DNA from: the human T2T-CHM13v2.0 reference genome, Homo sapiens
Assembly: GCF_009914755.1 (NCBI RefSeq)
Contig: NC_060929.1
Reading direction: 5' to 3' (one strand)
DNA length: 64,000 nucleotides
Shown one piece after another: positions 37,400 through 57,563 of this stretch (position 1 is its first letter; each line of letters begins with the position of its first letter). Under the pieces are notes generated by a model, which searched no databases, was not told where the DNA came from, and saw nothing but the letters and a program-made list of their open reading frames with translations. The position numbers and the translations under genes are program-made.

Positions 37400-39430
37400 T
37401 GTTTTGAACATCTCATATTATCTTTAATAGAGCCTTTTGGTCACCAGACCATTTTATTCTATGTTCACACACTGAACACTCTCACCCTTCCCTGACAGAG
37501 ATAATATAAAGTCACACCTGGTCACTGATTGTCGCTCAGAGTCCAAGTTCTGTACGTACCATCAGATCCAGATGTGACCCTCTGTAGTTAGGAGACCTAT
37601 AAATTTAAAAGGTAGATTATCTGCCTCTCTCTAGCACGAGGACTGAATATGCAATGATGGAGAAGGCATAGAATACACATAATGAATGCCCCCATTCATT
37701 ATATTGTATAATTCTGGACAGCAATTTAAATCTCAATAGGAAGGAATTTTAATAAAGTTCCCAAGCACATGCTGGGAGTGCAGTAAGCACCTTCGCTGGA
37801 TGAATTCTGCCCACTAGACAGAACGCTTTGTCCACGGTTCTTTAGGAACTCTGGCTCTTAAGTCTGAGAAGTTTTTGTTGCATTACTCTCCTTGGCCATT
37901 TATAAACTGAGGGATGAAGACGACCACATGCTCCTTGAGGGTTCCACAATGAGCCTCTGCTTTCCTGAAAGAAAGATAAGAACCAAGGCTTTTTTTTTTT
38001 TTTTTTTTTTTGGTCTTGAATATTTAAAGGCTTGTATAGATAAGCCTTGGACTTACCCAGTTCTCCCTGCTTATTTGATTATAGTTCTCAAGAATAACTG
38101 TAGAATGTACTGGGAATGCAACATCCTGAGATAGAAAGGGACTGGCTAGAACAGACCAGGCTCTGTTCCAGTGCCCCCCGGAAACAGGATGCACTTCAAT
38201 GCTTTAGTCCAGCGAATCACGTTCCTCTGGAGTGTAAAACCCAGGGCAGGCTGCTTTACCGGATCCTTCAACTGCAGGACCAGTGGGGCACACACAGAGA
38301 AGACTCCATCTACTTTAGGCAGCTTTCCGGAGCCTTGGGAAAAAGTTCACCATAGATCATCAGCTTCTGTTGGTCCTTGCTGCTTATCTGTAAGTATCAA
38401 ACCCACTTCATGAAACTTGTGTGTGAGCGTTCAATCTTACCAGACTCAGACAAGTTGGTCACAGAACTTTCTCCACCAATGGTTTCTTTGGTAATCTTGC
38501 AAAAATATAAGCAGCTTCTGATCCATTTGCTTCTGCCTCCTAAAATTTCTTTCCGAATGTAGATGTCAAGTGTATTTTACTCCCCTGATTTCTGGCTCTG
38601 TGTCTCTTACTAGCTGTTCCTTTGATGCTATCTGGAAAAAAAAAAAAGACAGAAGGGCCATCATTAACTTGATCTTTCATTGGGGGTCACTTTACTAGAC
38701 CAAGATTCTTTTACTGGCCTATTTTGTATAAAATCTTATGTCAGACATATTCTCTCTTACTCTTGGAAGGCCTTGAATTTCTGGAGTCTCTCTAATATTT
38801 CTTCTCATATATTTAAAAATTCACCAATGGCTACAAATACATACTATCATTTTTCTTAATTCTCTGTTTTGTAAGTATGTCATCTGCCTCCCAATTTACA
38901 GTAGGTTGTCTTTATATTTGTCAGTCTCTTACATGTCTTGACTTGCAGTCCCTTTTATAATTGCTGCCTTCCTATATGAGACATGAAAATAATGTTTTGC
39001 AATGTAAGTTAGATTTTTCATGGTGTAGCACCTCACTCCTGTATAAAGTTATTTCATGATCAGAATATTCTAAACTATCCTGTGGCAATAAACTGCTAAA
39101 TCCCTGTGTCTTTGCTCATTAATGTTTTATTTGTTGATCACTTCACAGCTTTCCACAGCTTTCTCCATTAAACGATGATTCTGTGACTTCTTCCTTCTTG
39201 TAACTTTACCATCTAACTCAGTGCTTCCAAGGAAGCTTTGAAGGGGGAAAGGGAACGGAGGTAGCACACAGAATTTTCTAAAGGCCCAACTGGAAGTGAC
39301 TTGCTTCACTTTTCTTTATATTCCATTGTCCAGAACTTGGTTGCATGGCCTGCAAACTGACTTCAAAGAAGTGTTGGGAATGTGGTTTTCCTGTGTTTCT
39401 AAGCACAAAAAGAGTGGAATGAATTTCCTG
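37400..39430 (-). mobile_element. Old MaLR (MLT1J/K-like) LTR plus internal region, interrupted by LTR47
   Basis: GCACCTCACTCCTGTATA (~39028) is the reverse of the MaLR-int start; ATTCCATTGTCCAGAACTTGGTTGCATGGCC...GGGAATGTGGT is an MLT1J/K-type LTR motif. Boundaries uncertain. Confidence 0.5.
38035..38475 (+). mobile_element. LTR47-like ERVL solo LTR
   Basis: AGTTCTCAAGAATAACTGTAGAATGTACTGGGAATGCAACATCCTGAGATA...GTAAAACCCAGGGCAGGCTGCTTT...GACTCAGACAAGTTGGT matches recalled LTR47A. Confidence 0.7.
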
Positions 39431-41336
39431 ATATACAAGCTTATTATTAACAGTCAATTAGCATCAGAAGGTTATCATAATTTTTGTTTTCTTTTCTTCT
39501 GTATATCAAGCCAAGAAAAAAAAATCCTGCACCTTTTTAAAAACTCATATGGCGGTCACTATACATCATGCATGGGAAAGTGAATTTTTTAATATTGAAA
39601 TAAATTACATGTCTGTGTCCCTAGACCAAATACCCATATTCCTTTACTTAGTATTTTTCTTAAATGTGTTTGAGGTTTTATAATTTCCATACTTTTCACT
39701 TTCCATTGATTTTCCATCCACACTCCTGTTGTTTACCTCACAGTGCCTTTGGGTGAGTAGGCAAGATCGGGGCACAGGTTTCTTCTTAAGGAGAATTCAT
39801 AAAGCTACCACTTTTCAAGTTCCGAATCATTGGATCATTTATCTCTGTTAGAAAAGACATATGAAATACAAATTAAAACAAAAAGTGAAGATGATAATTA
39901 AATCGTTTATTTCTGTATATATTCAACAATTTTACATTTGCCCTCTTGTAACAAATTCACATTATAACTGCATTATCCTGCTATCCCTCAGTAATAAAAC
40001 CTACAAAATTTATGCAATTTTACTTTTACTAGATGCTTTGTTTAACTGTTGTAAAAAATATTCTTATGTGCCATAGGGTCCTAACTCAATGATATTTTTT
40101 CTGTAAAAGTTAACATAGCGGGTTGAAAAATATGCTTTCCATAACTAATTAAGCGTGGTCAGTTTAGAAGTGTGGTCACTTTGATTAGCTATCTCAGATA
40201 ATGACTTCCTCTTCTCATTGTTAGTTTCAAGATATTCCACTACTTGCACAGCTTGTTAGCTAGTTAAAAAAATCTACTATATCTTCAATAATTGCTTCTT
40301 TTCTTCTTATCTTTGAGATTCTACGTGAAGATACTCATACAATAGAAGACAGCCAGGAAGAGTCTTTGAAAGTCAATACCTGTTTTTCTTAAAACTTTAC
40401 TCTGCTAGAAAATCTTATCACTGGTCAACAATCTTATCACATAAGAAAACACATTAAACTTTAAAACAAAATTGATTTCAATAGACTTAATGGAAACATC
40501 TTTATGCAGACTTTTACTGTCTATTTGGTACCAAGGTGAGAAGAAAAGATTGTCTTCCTCTGTAAATCTCGAATAGGTCTCTTACTTTGATTTTTCTTTA
40601 TCTAGGACATGAGAAAATTGTATATCTTTTGGGTAAAATTCAAAAACAATATCAAGGTATCTTATTTCCTTACCTTGGCAATGAAGTCTTAGTATGCGAA
40701 CAATACTCTGTTACTATCTTAATTGAAGTGATATGAACCACATCTATTAATTTGATTTGATTGTTACAACTGGGATACTAATATAAGATTGCTTATTCAT
40801 TTTATTACCAATTGTTGACAAAAACATAAATATATGAACAAATTTATATGAATATATTCAAATAATCCTCTAGATTCCATGTATAACATTCTGCTAAAGC
40901 AATTGACGTATTTCAAGTTCTTTTTAGAAAGAGATTAATGAAATATAATGTAAAGTGGGGGACTTTTGCTGCTTGAAAGAATGGCAATTTTTAAAAGTGC
41001 AGGTAAATATACCACCGCAATTTTATTACCTCTGTGTTTTCTAGGTAATTCTTACAGAAGTTCTATCCTAAGCCATTATATTATAATTTCATAGGAAAAT
41101 CAGTTCCCTTGGTTTTGCTGAAATATGGTTTCTCTGTTTGCTGAAATAAAGTTTTTGTTAATTAGAAATATATATTTCATATTTGGACTATATTAGTCAG
41201 GGTTTTTCAGAGAAACCAAACCAAAAATCTGTATTGTCACTGTCCATTAGAAAAACAGAACACACACACACACACACAAATAGTTTATCATATATAACAT
41301 TATATATAATACCTATACATATACATTATTGATGTA

Positions 41337-41775
41337 CAGTTGGCCCTTGAATAACACGAGTTTAACAGCATGGGTCCACTTATATGCAATTTTTTTTCTA
41401 CCTCTGCCACCCCTAGTACAGCAAGAGAAATCCTTCCTCTTTATCCTCGTCCTCGGCCTACTCAATGTGAAAAATATGAGGATGAAGGCCTTTATGATGA
41501 TCCACTTCCACTTAATAAGTAGTAAATATCTTTTCTCTTTTTCATAATTTTTAATAACATTTCCTTTTCTCTAGCTCACTTCATTGTAAGAATATGGTAT
41601 ATAATAGATATATAACATGCAAAATATGAGTTAGTTGTTTATGTTATCAGTAAGGCTTCTGGTAATCAGTAGGATATTAGTAGTTAAGATTTGGGGGAGT
41701 CAAAATTATTATGCAGATTTTTTACTGTGCTGGGGGTCAGTGCTCCTAACTCCTGAATGGTTCAAAGGTCAACTG
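41337..41775 (+). mobile_element. Tigger2a (MER28) non-autonomous DNA transposon, complete
   Basis: Terminal inverted repeats CAGTTGGCCCTTGAA / TTCAAAGGTCAACTG; TA TSD on both sides. Confidence 0.9.
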
Positions 41776-41955
41776 TATTATGAAGAATTGACTCACATGA
41801 TTGATTATGGTGCCTGAGAAGTCCCAAGATCTGCTGTCTGTAAGCTTCAAGACCTAGGAAAGCTGGTGGTATAATTCAGTATAAGCTCAAAGGCCTGAGA
41901 AACAAAGGAACAAATGATGTAAATCTTAGATGAGATAACTCAGTTCAAGCAATTA

Positions 41956-42358
<403 letters not shown>

Positions 42359-43109
42359 TTAGTCCACTGATTCAAATGCTACTCTCACTGGGGAACTCCC
42401 TTATGGACACATCCGGAAATAATGTTTACTCTGAAGTTACTTGACTCAATCCAATTGGCACATAAAATTAAAGATCAAAAAGACAAATATTTTTCTCATC
42501 TTTTAAAATACACATTCATGTGACACTAAGTTCATTATACAATTTGGAGGGACCAAAGCTAACTAAAAATTGAGATCTCTTTAAAAAGCCAGAAAAGCAG
42601 AAAAAGTACATTAAATATACTAAAATATAAAACCTTTAAATGTATATCCTGGTCTCTCTTTCTTAACCTTATAATGGTAATTTTTTAGCTATTTAATATA
42701 ATTGTAAGTAAAGAAAATTTAAATTAGAATTATTACCAAGGATTTTATCATTCATTTGTATCATGCAATATCAGATCCAATGAGCTAACTACAAGAACAG
42801 GGGGGATGCTGCAACTATCTCAACTGTTTTTATTTCATTTCTTGACATATGCACATTCTACCAGTATCTTCTACATTTGATTTACTGATGAACAAGGAAA
42901 GATTAAAATAAACAAAAACTTTTAATTCCCCATCTGCCTTTTTTTCTATGTCATCCTCTTCAGCATAAGTGGTTGGCTGTATCTGTATTTTGTAGAAGTT
43001 TATTATCTTCTTTCTCTGTCTGGAGTAGGTTGTAGTTCCAATGGAAAGCATGGCTTCTCAAAGATTTTATCACCCAACTTACTAAACTATAGACCACAGT
43101 TAGCTGGTG

Positions 43110-44014
43110 CAGCCATACCTCGTTTTATTGTGCTTCATTTATTGCACCATGGAGTTATTTAATTTTTTCCAAAGTGAATGTTTATGGCAACCCCACACTG
43201 AGTGAGTTTATCATTGCCACTTTTCCAGCCGTATGTGCTCACTTGGTGTCCCAGTGCCACAGTTTAGTAATTCTCACATTATTTCAAACTTCTGTATTAT
43301 TATTATATATTTTGTGGGAATCTATGATTAGCGTCTTTGATGTTACTATTGTTATTGTTTGGGGGCAGTATGAATCATACTCATATAAGGTGGTGAACTT
43401 AATTGAAAAAAGAGTGTGTGTATTCTGACTGCTCCACTGACTAGCAATTCCCCTGTATCTTCCTCTCTTCAAAACTTCCTATTCACTGAGACACAAAAAA
43501 ATTAAAATTATGCTGAATAATAACCCTGCGATGGCCTCTAAGTGTTCAAGTGAAACAAAGAACATCTCTCATTTTTTAAATTAAAACATCTCTCATTTTT
43601 AAATCAAAAGGTAGAAATAATTAAGCTCAGTGAGGAAGGCATGTAGAAGGCTAAAACAGATTCTCTTAGATTCTCTGAATGCTGAGGGAGGTGATGAATC
43701 TGCAAACACAAAGTTGAAGCTAGCAAAGATTGGTAAATAAAATTCAAGGAAAAAAACATTTCATAATATAAAAGTTCAAGGTAAAGTAGCAGATGCTGAT
43801 GTAGAAGCTACAACAAGTTATCCTGAAAGTCTATCTGGCTAAGATAAGTGATGAAAGTAGTTACACTAGCAACAGATTTTCAACGTAGACAAAACGGCCT
43901 TTTATTGGAAGAAGATGCCATCTAGAACTTTCATAGCTAGAGAAGTGAATACCTAACTTCAAACTTCAAAGGATAAGCTAACTCTCTTGTTAGGGGCTAG
44001 TGCAGCTTTTGACT
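43110..44014 (+). mobile_element. Tigger1 5' portion with transposase relic and internal deletion
   Basis: Starts CAGCCATACCTCGTTTTATTG (Tigger1 TIR); contains ATGGCCTCTAAGTGTTCAAGTGAA and CAGATTTTCAACGTAGACAAAACGGCCTTTTATTGGAAGAAGATGCCATCTAG (QIFNVDxTAFYWKKMPS). Confidence 0.9.
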
Positions 44015-48555
<4,541 letters not shown>

Positions 48556-49901
48556 TTGTCACCAATTTTTTACATGGTGGTATGAGTGAATTTGCTTTTT
48601 CAATTCTAATTTTGAGCAACTCACAGTCTGCTCTCAGATCCCCACCTATCTAGGTTGTATTGTAAGGTACATCTAATTGATCCACCAATAGTAATGGTTC
48701 TAACCTCTTCCCTAGTACATTTTTTTTTCTATTTGTATCCAGACATGAGCAGAAATCAGCTAAAATAACCATGACTCTTCTACATCTTTTACCTCAAGAC
48801 AAAATTTAGAATTATAAAAACCACAAAGCCAGAATTATTTCTGTGGAATTTTCTGTGTTATATCATACTTCTTCATCCCTAAGTCTATGAATTTGGTATA
48901 TATTATCTACATGCATTAGGAGGAAAAATGCATAAATTAAAAGCACAGTGTATAGGGTGAGAGAAAACAACTATCTGAAAAAATTTACATACACAATAAT
49001 TGCTTTGGGGAACAACTCTCTGAAATCAATAAAATGAAAAAAAAAAGATCCGTTTTTATTAAAAACCTTTTTTTTAAAGAATCAGATGGAAGAGGAATTC
49101 AGCCATGGCTGAAAAGCCAAACGCTTGTCTTTATTTTAAGAAAAATAATTTATAAATGATCTTCCAGAGACATTTTTCATTTCACTAAATTCAAAAAAAA
49201 TGTAATGTAGTTCATTATCTGATACAAATATTGAAGAACATAACAGACACATTTTCTAATACACAGATTTCAAGTTTGAATGTCTTTCATTATATCTCTG
49301 CTAGAAATAAAGACTTTATATTAAAGTATAACCATTCATAAATGGGAGGGTAGGTGGTGTACAGGCTAATCTATTTGTAGTTTTATATCATAGTGTAGGG
49401 AATGAAGTTAAAATTCATTACTGTGTCATTTAAGTAAACAATTCTGAATCTAACCTACCTTCCTTTAGAACTTTCCACTATTTTCCCTCAGAGACATTCT
49501 TTAAATCTGACCTATGTAATATTCCTCCTTATGCCCCATGATTGGTTTCGATTTTCCATTACACATACCTAAAGTCAAAACACAGTTCAGATGCCACTCC
49601 CAATAAATTCTTCCTTATTCCCCAATCCTAAATATTCCTGACCACCCCCAAACTCCAGTTGTTTATTCCATTATCTGCAGACCTTTGTGATTCTCTTAAT
49701 ACTTCAAATAAAATTTTAATATATGTGAACTAATTGTCATAAAACCCACTTCCAAAATTGCACTAACATTCTATATTGCTTATCATATTTATAATATCAA
49801 TACCCTAACACTCACCTAACTAGAGTTGTATTTTAAAAATTAATTTATTCATTAGAAGTAGTCAACGTAATGCAAACTTTCCAATAAAAAGTTACCTTTA
49901 A

Positions 49902-50193
49902 GGCCAGGCGTGGTGGCTCATGCCTGTAATCCTGGCACTTTGGGAGGCCGAGGCAGATCACGAGCTCAGGAGTTCGAGACCAGCCTGGGCAACATGGTGA
50001 AACTCTGTCTCTACTAAAATACAAAAAATTAGCCGGACGTGGTGGCATGTGCCTGTAGTCCCAGCTACTTGGGAGGCTGAGGCAGGCGAAACGTTGAACC
50101 TAGGAGGCAGAGCTTGCAGTCAGCAGAGATTGCGCCACTGCACTCCAGCCTGGGTGACAGCGTGAGACTCTGTCTCAAAAAAAAAAAAAAAAA
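49902..50193 (+). mobile_element. AluS
   Basis: Full dimer plus poly(A); TSD AAAAAGTTACCTTTAA / AAAAAGTGACCTATAA. Confidence 0.93.
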
Positions 50194-51171
50194 GTGACCT
50201 ATAATAACTTTTGTATTAATACACACATATTTTGTGCTCATGCTCCCATGTCTTTCTGTTTCTTTTACTCTCCCTAGTAGCTTCTCTGGCTACCACTGTG
50301 CATTAGATAAAGTAAGAACCTCCATCAGAGACTCAGATTTAAACTGTGAAAGGAATTAAGGGATATCATCCATCTCAGCAACAAACCATTGTAGTTATTT
50401 TAACTGTTTCCAGGTCATCATCCTATATTTTCTCCCATTTACTTCTTTCAACATGTTGGGATAAATTAGAATCAATTTATTCTTTTATTCACAAAAAGTT
50501 CTTAGAGTGGTTTCTTCTCTTCATGTTATTGAGCTACAGACATCAAATTTAACTGCTGTCTTTGCTGTTCTTTTCTCTCTTCAATCTGTTTCTATTGATG
50601 TAACCACTGAGCTATCTTCTTTGACCTGCTTATTTCTCAAGATTTCTCACACAACTGTGGAAACGCCCTGTTTCTTACTGAATGAACTTCATAAAACAAT
50701 GAACCTCATACCATAGAACTACTCAGGAAGACTTGATATTGAGCCCACAAAAATGTCAGGGTTTATTTATTAGTTGTTTCATCACAGTAATCTCAAGAGG
50801 AATAGGAAAAACATGAAAGAAAAAAGGAATAAGCCACTGATACAGTGGGCTTAAGCTTTGATGTGCAATGTGGAATGCTCACTGTGATATTTATTCTCTG
50901 TCCCAATGAACTGGGAAATGGGGATGGAGTCCATAAATCTACGTGGTTTTAAACCACCTCAAAGGTGAGAGATAATTTAAGGTGAGATTACTGGATTGCC
51001 TTGTGGTTACTTTTGTGCTGCCTCATGTAAGCAAAATACTAAAGAGAGCTATGGGCAAATGTGGAAAGTTATTCCAGAGAAGTATTTGAAGCTGTTATAA
51101 CATAAATTTACTTGGGAAAAAAATGTGTGGAAGAGTTAAGCAAAGCATATTTGAAGGAATTAGTGTCATCT

Positions 51172-51832
51172 TGTTACCGGTGTAGTAGATCTGAGTTACC
51201 CTGAGTTACTGACTCCAAATTCCTATGGGTCTGCAGCAATTTCAGTTCTCGTCTCCTCAGAAGAAAGAATTCGACCGAGGGGCATAAAGCAGAGAGACCA
51301 AGGCAAGTTTCAGAGCAGAAGTGGAAAGTTATGTAAAAAGCTTTAGAATAGGAAAGAAAGGAAGATTTACTTGGAAGAGATCCAAGAGGGCACCTGAAGG
51401 TCAAAGAAAGAAAAGGGGCATTTAACCTTGATCCTAGGGCTTTTATAGGCTTGCCTCTTTACCATGATTCTTCCCTTAAGGTGGGCTTCCCTCATGCGCA
51501 GTGTCCTTCCTACCTTTGGGAATTGAACACACACAGTATGTTTAGAAATTTGTATGCATGCCTAGCTGAGGCTTTCTTCATTTTTTTTTTTTCTAGTGGA
51601 GTGTCCCTGGAAGGTCATATGTCACCATCTTGTCTCCTAGTGCACATACCCAGGAAGTTTCTTCTCCCTGGAATCTGCATTCAATCAATAATTTAGTGTT
51701 AACAGCTGTGGAGCATCAGGAGATTGTTTCTCCCTGGCTTTGAAGAAGTAGTGTGATAATTGTCAAACCATCACCTGATGTACCTAGTGGGTGGGGTCCT
51801 GCCATGCTCATGCCATCTAACTACCTGTAATA
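51172..51832 (-). mobile_element. MER50-type (MER50B-like) ERV1 solo LTR
   Basis: Minus strand begins TATTACAGGTAGTTAGATGGCATGAGC and ends CCGGTAACA; CTCCTCAGAAGAAAGAATTCGACCGAGGGGCATAA motif; 4-bp TSD ATCT. Confidence 0.8.
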
Positions 51833-52355
51833 ATCTGTGTCCACTCTACAACTTGATTGGAAACATTACTTTTCTATCAAATGAAGGCTCCCAACATTCT
51901 CTTTCTACCTCTCTAGCATAATTTTTTTATTTGGATGTACAAAATCATTTAGTTGTATAAGAAATATATTATTCCTTTGGAAGATTAAGTGTCATTGGTT
52001 TATAATATAAATAGGTTCCACCTATAACTTACCATGCTATCCCCACTGTTAACTTTATTCAATTGTAAATACAATCAAAGTATTATTTTTACCTAGAGTA
52101 TCGTAAGTGCCAGCTTCTTAGCTGAATCCTAGAATTTTCTGAAGATTCATCTTATTTTCATGTAGTTTACCTAATTTTAAACTACACATTCTACCCTGTG
52201 TCATCTTGATTTCACCGAAGAAGGCCTATAACTTCCCACGGTTTATCACTTGTGTTTTCAAAATGATACTATTTCAGCCTTCTCTAGAAATGTCTTATGT
52301 CCTTTTAAGGATAAAATAACATATTTTTTTCCCAGGTTAAAACGCTTTTGATTTC

Positions 52356-52735
52356 TGATAAATTTTGGCTCTGCAAATCTCATCTCGAATTGTAATTCCA
52401 ACGTGTTCCTATTGTGGGAGGGACTTGTAATCTTCACGTGTCAAGGGAGAGAGGTGATTAGATCATGGGGCTGCTTACCCCCGAGCTGTTCTCGTGATAG
52501 TGAATGAGTTATCACTAGATCCGGTGCTTTTATAACTCTGTGGAAATTCCTCTTTTGTCCTTCTCTCTCTCCTGCTACCTTGTGAAGAAGGTGCCTGCTT
52601 CCCCTTCCACCATGATTGTAAGTTTCCTGAGGCCTCCCCAGCCATGCAGAACTGTGACTCAATTAAACCTGTTTCCTTTATAAATTACCCAGTCTCAAGG
52701 AAGTTCTTTATAGCAGTGTGAAAACAACTAATACA
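52356..52735 (+). mobile_element. THE1D-like solo LTR
   Basis: CAAATCTCATCTCGAATTGTAAT...CCATGATTGTAAGTTTCCTGAGGCCTCCCCAGCCATG...CTAATACA; TSD ATTTC/ATCTC. Confidence 0.88.
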
Positions 52736-54963
52736 ATCTCCTTGTTATTTCATCCCCAACTCTCTTCCTTCTTTTTCACTATAAATACTTCAACAGTACC
52801 ATAAGTTTTCAATGTCAAAAAACAATGAGATAACCCTACAATTAGGTGACTAATCTTAATTATTTTTCACTCAAGTGATTTTCATCTCCATTCCCTTTTA
52901 GTTATTTTTACAATGTTTCTCACTAAAAATCTTATAACCACCCAAGGGTTTTCTACTTCAGTATGTTAAATTTAAAACCCTCTCTCTCTGTCATCTCAGC
53001 TATTATCTTTCAAAGTGTCTCACATTTTCTATAACAACATTTCCTGCCCCTTTAGGTTCAGAACCACAGGTTCTAATTTGAACTTCTCTGTCACCGGTTT
53101 TTGTCTAATCTCTTATACTCTAATCTACCCTCACAGAAAGCCTCTTCAGATTGATATTTAAATTCAGAATCCCTGTTTATACACCTAGAAACTGGAAGAA
53201 TTGGATAGAAAAGGCCACTCCAGGTCTATAACATGGGAAACTACAAAGTCATGATCTCCAAAATAACTTGAACCATTGACATTCCCCTTTTAGACTTTGC
53301 TTACCATTTTGTTCAAATGTCTGAAGAAAAACAAATGCAAAATGTCACCCCTGACTTCAAGATTCCTCTATCTCTCTACAACTTCACCCTCAATAAGTGC
53401 TCCTGATTCCAACCTGATCAAGAAAATTAAACAGGCATCTCTTCCCTAAATTCTCATAGGACTCCATAGGCACAAAATGTTATCTTGAAGAAGTTTTCCC
53501 TAATTTTCTTCTAAAGCTTGACTTAAATATGGATTGTTCTGGGATATAAAACCTGGACAAACTACATCTCAATCCACATTATCCAAAAAATTAAAAAGCT
53601 ATATCTTTGTCAAATGTTTATGAATGTTTGAGATTATTAATTTAACTTCAAGGGTATTCTTATATAAGGACATAATAATCACAGAAAAGTTTTAGGAAGT
53701 TATCTTGAACTAATTTGATGACTGAATTTATTGGTAACTTTAAGAATAAATCACCTAGAAGTTTCCTTGATTTAGCAAGTGTAATAATTTTATGTAATAA
53801 TCTGAAATTGAAAGTTTTCTTGTAGATTATAAAATGATTTATATAAAATAATGAAGATTATGCAGATCATCATGGCTTCTGATGTTACATTATCTGAATA
53901 CATCATCCAGAGAGTGTTGTTTTCCTGTTTCTAAAGTGAAAAAATAAAATAAGCAGTAAAAAGTGAATAAATACAAATAGTAAAATACATAACTGAATCA
54001 ATAGACACTGAGAAAAAATGATTATCTTATCTGCTTTATATATATTCTTATTAAAATTATTTCAATTATAAAAATGGGAAGATAAAGTTAAAACCTGTAA
54101 AATTGTCTAAATACCACCCAAAAATATGTAAACAGGTTATCTGGACAAATAAGTGGCAGAGGGACATTTTTTTACCATAGATACTTTTCTACATGATATG
54201 GGATTTTAGCTAAGGTTCATGGATTTAGCACAAAAAAGAGCATTTGGTCTTTGCATTTATCTGCTTTTCTAAGATTATAATTTAGGTTAACTATTCATTA
54301 AAAGTATAGCCAAGCAAAAAGATGAAATTAGCAAAGATTGGATTGGCAGAATTATTTTCTTCTTCCACATTTAAATCATAGGCATCAATTATGCAGCACT
54401 CTGCCCAGGTTTACTAAATAATAAGCAGCATTTTTTTGGTCATCATTGTTTTCCTTCTAATTTCTCATTCCCATGCTGTCAAAAGCTATAAAGAATCTTT
54501 TCTTGCCAATTTTTCATATGACTATGAATTCCATCTATTCTATGTCCCGGAATTCCTCCTGTAAAGAAAATATTATTAAAATGTTTGCAACATTAAAACA
54601 AATTTTTTTCTATTCACAAAGCAACAGCAAGAGAAAGTGGAACAGTGCAGAAGGCAATAAATATTCTGAGTCTTTCCTGAAAATAGCTCTTTGTGCTTTC
54701 AGCCTTCAGTTGGTGCACCTATGTTAAAGTTATGTTCTAATTAATTACTGAAATTAAAAAGTGAGAATATGAGACAAGAGATCAAGTATTTGGAAAGGTG
54801 TTGTATTTATGGACCTGCCTTCATGATGTCCTCTAGGTTTCATTGTATGCATCTGTGAAGTAAGGGGTCCTGTGTACCATAAAACCTTCAAATGACCTTC
54901 AAATACCATTGTTGCAAAAACCTGATTAATAACTAGACCAAAAAGCTTCTCCAAAATTTGTGA

Positions 54964-55350
<387 letters not shown>

Positions 55351-55391
55351 AATCTATGTCTTTTTAAAAATTATCGTCAGTAAAACAGTGC

Positions 55392-55829
55392 ATTTAAACT
55401 CTGTACAACATGAGTTTTAACTGCAAGTGTCCACTTAAATGCAAATTTTCTTCTGCCTCTGCCATCCCTGAGTCAGCAAAACCAATCCTTCCTCTTCTTC
55501 CTCCTCAGCCTACTCATTATGAAGGCTGAAGGATAAAGACCTTTATGATGATCCACTTCTATTTAATGAATACTACATGTATTTTCTCTTCCTTATTTAT
55601 TTTTTCATAACATTTTCTTTTCTCTGGCCTACTTTATTGTGAGAATACAGTAGAATTTTTATATATCATACAAACTATATGCTAATTAACTATGTATGTC
55701 ATTGATAAGGCTTATGATTAACTGTAAGCTATTAGTAATTTAATCTTTGGGGAATCAAATGTTATACATGGATTTTTGACTGTGCTGGGGTCAGTGTTCC
55801 CAACCCCTACACTGTTCAAAGGTAAAATG
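55392..55829 (+). mobile_element. Tigger2a, second and more degraded copy
   Basis: TTCTGCCTCTGCCATCCCTGAG..AGCAA...GACCTTTATGATGATCCACTTC...TGTTCAAAGGTAAAATG then TA. Confidence 0.85.
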
Positions 55830-57262
55830 TATTTTAAAAGATTTTGTAAATACGGTTGTTGGAAAAGTTTTCCACTATTTGTAATTTCTTTAAAAAGAAC
55901 ACATGTAAAAAATGATCTGCAGCTTATTTTTATTTTATTTTATAACTTGTTCATTTTGAAATAGAGACTATCAAACATTTTCAGAAATAACAGAACACGT
56001 TTTTATATACCTTCATTCACCTTCCCCAATTGTTTTAACATCCTGCATAAGCATAGAATTCTTAGCCAATAAATAAAATAATATTGTATCAAGTTAAAGT
56101 AATTGATTAGTAACAGATATTATTAACTATTAACTAATCAACACATTTCAGCCATACTGTACTAGTTGTTTGCTAGTCTACTTTTCTTACTTTTACTAAC
56201 ATTTTCATGCAAGATTTCACATTGCATTCAATTGTTATGTGTTCTTAATCTGCTCCCATGGGGAACAATTTTTTGTCATGTGAGAAAATGTTCAGTTTCT
56301 CTTTATCTTTCACGATGACACTTGAGAAGTACTGGTCAGCAATTTTCTCCCCCGTCTTAAAACTGGCTTATAGTCATTGAGAGTAAAAAGATTGAAAAAA
56401 ATAAGAAACATTATGAAAATCTGTCACATTAAGATTAAGAATCTTCTTCAGGTAAAATGTGCATTATCTTGTTCTTATGCTATGGGTTACCCGTGAACTC
56501 CTCTTTTATTCTCCCATTTATGTTATGTGAGTAAAGCACATTTGACAGATAGAGACTTTTCCCTTAGTTTTTTGTTTTGTTTTTTACTTTTAAAAATATC
56601 TACTTGTTCTCATGCTCTTTTTCTAAACAAAAGAAAAAGTAATGAAAGTTGTAGCAAAAGATGGAGAATTGTATATCCCTAAAGAATTGTATATATCTAC
56701 ATTATTTCATTTTGTTATTGCAAACATAATATTTTGATAGTTTAGTTGTTAATATATATAAACATGAAATTTGATTGTCGGGTTGCTTCATTTAATATTT
56801 GTTAACTTTGAAATATAGGGTTTGGGTTTCATGAACACTAAAGACACTTTCCTTTCTAACTTTACTAAGCCTTTGTCTACTTAGAAATAATTCCTATGAT
56901 GTTAGAGTTAATCCTCGATCCCAAAATGGAAAGTCATCAATATACTATCCAAATATATAACCAACAAATTTAATGATAACATTGATTATCCTATTCCTTC
57001 ACTTTAGCATTTTAATATTTTTCTTCTGAACAATAAAAATAGTCAATAAATTGGACACTTTAGAAAATAGAAATGGTGTCAACCAAAATAAAATCAGAAT
57101 AGGTAAGATAGATAAGTGTTTTGATAAATAGGAAATTAGAAAGAACTTTACACAGTCTCCATATAACTGAGAATTTATTTTGGGCTCAGAAACCTGTGAC
57201 TGGCATAGGCACTTTATGAAACAATATTACATCTGCAATTCATTAAAATAACTTGTGTTTGT

Positions 57263-57563
57263 GGCTGGGTACAGTGGCTCATGCCTGTAATCTCAATACT
57301 TTGGGAGGTCGAGGCAGATGGATCACAAGGTCAGGAGATTGAGACCATCCTGGCCAACATGGTGAAACCCTGTCTCTACTGAAAATACAAAAATAAGCCA
57401 AACGTGGTAGCACACGCCTGTAGTCCCAGCTACTCAGGAGGCTGAGGAAGGAGAATCACTTGAACCTGGGAGACAGAGGCTGCAGTGAGCCGAGATCACA
57501 CCACTGCACTCCAGGCTGGGCAACAGAGCAAGACTCCATCTCAAAATAAATAAATAAATAAAT
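57263..57563 (+). mobile_element. AluSc-like element with (AATA)n tail
   Basis: GATCACAAGGTCAGGAGATTGAGACCATCCTGGCCAACATGG. Confidence 0.92.
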
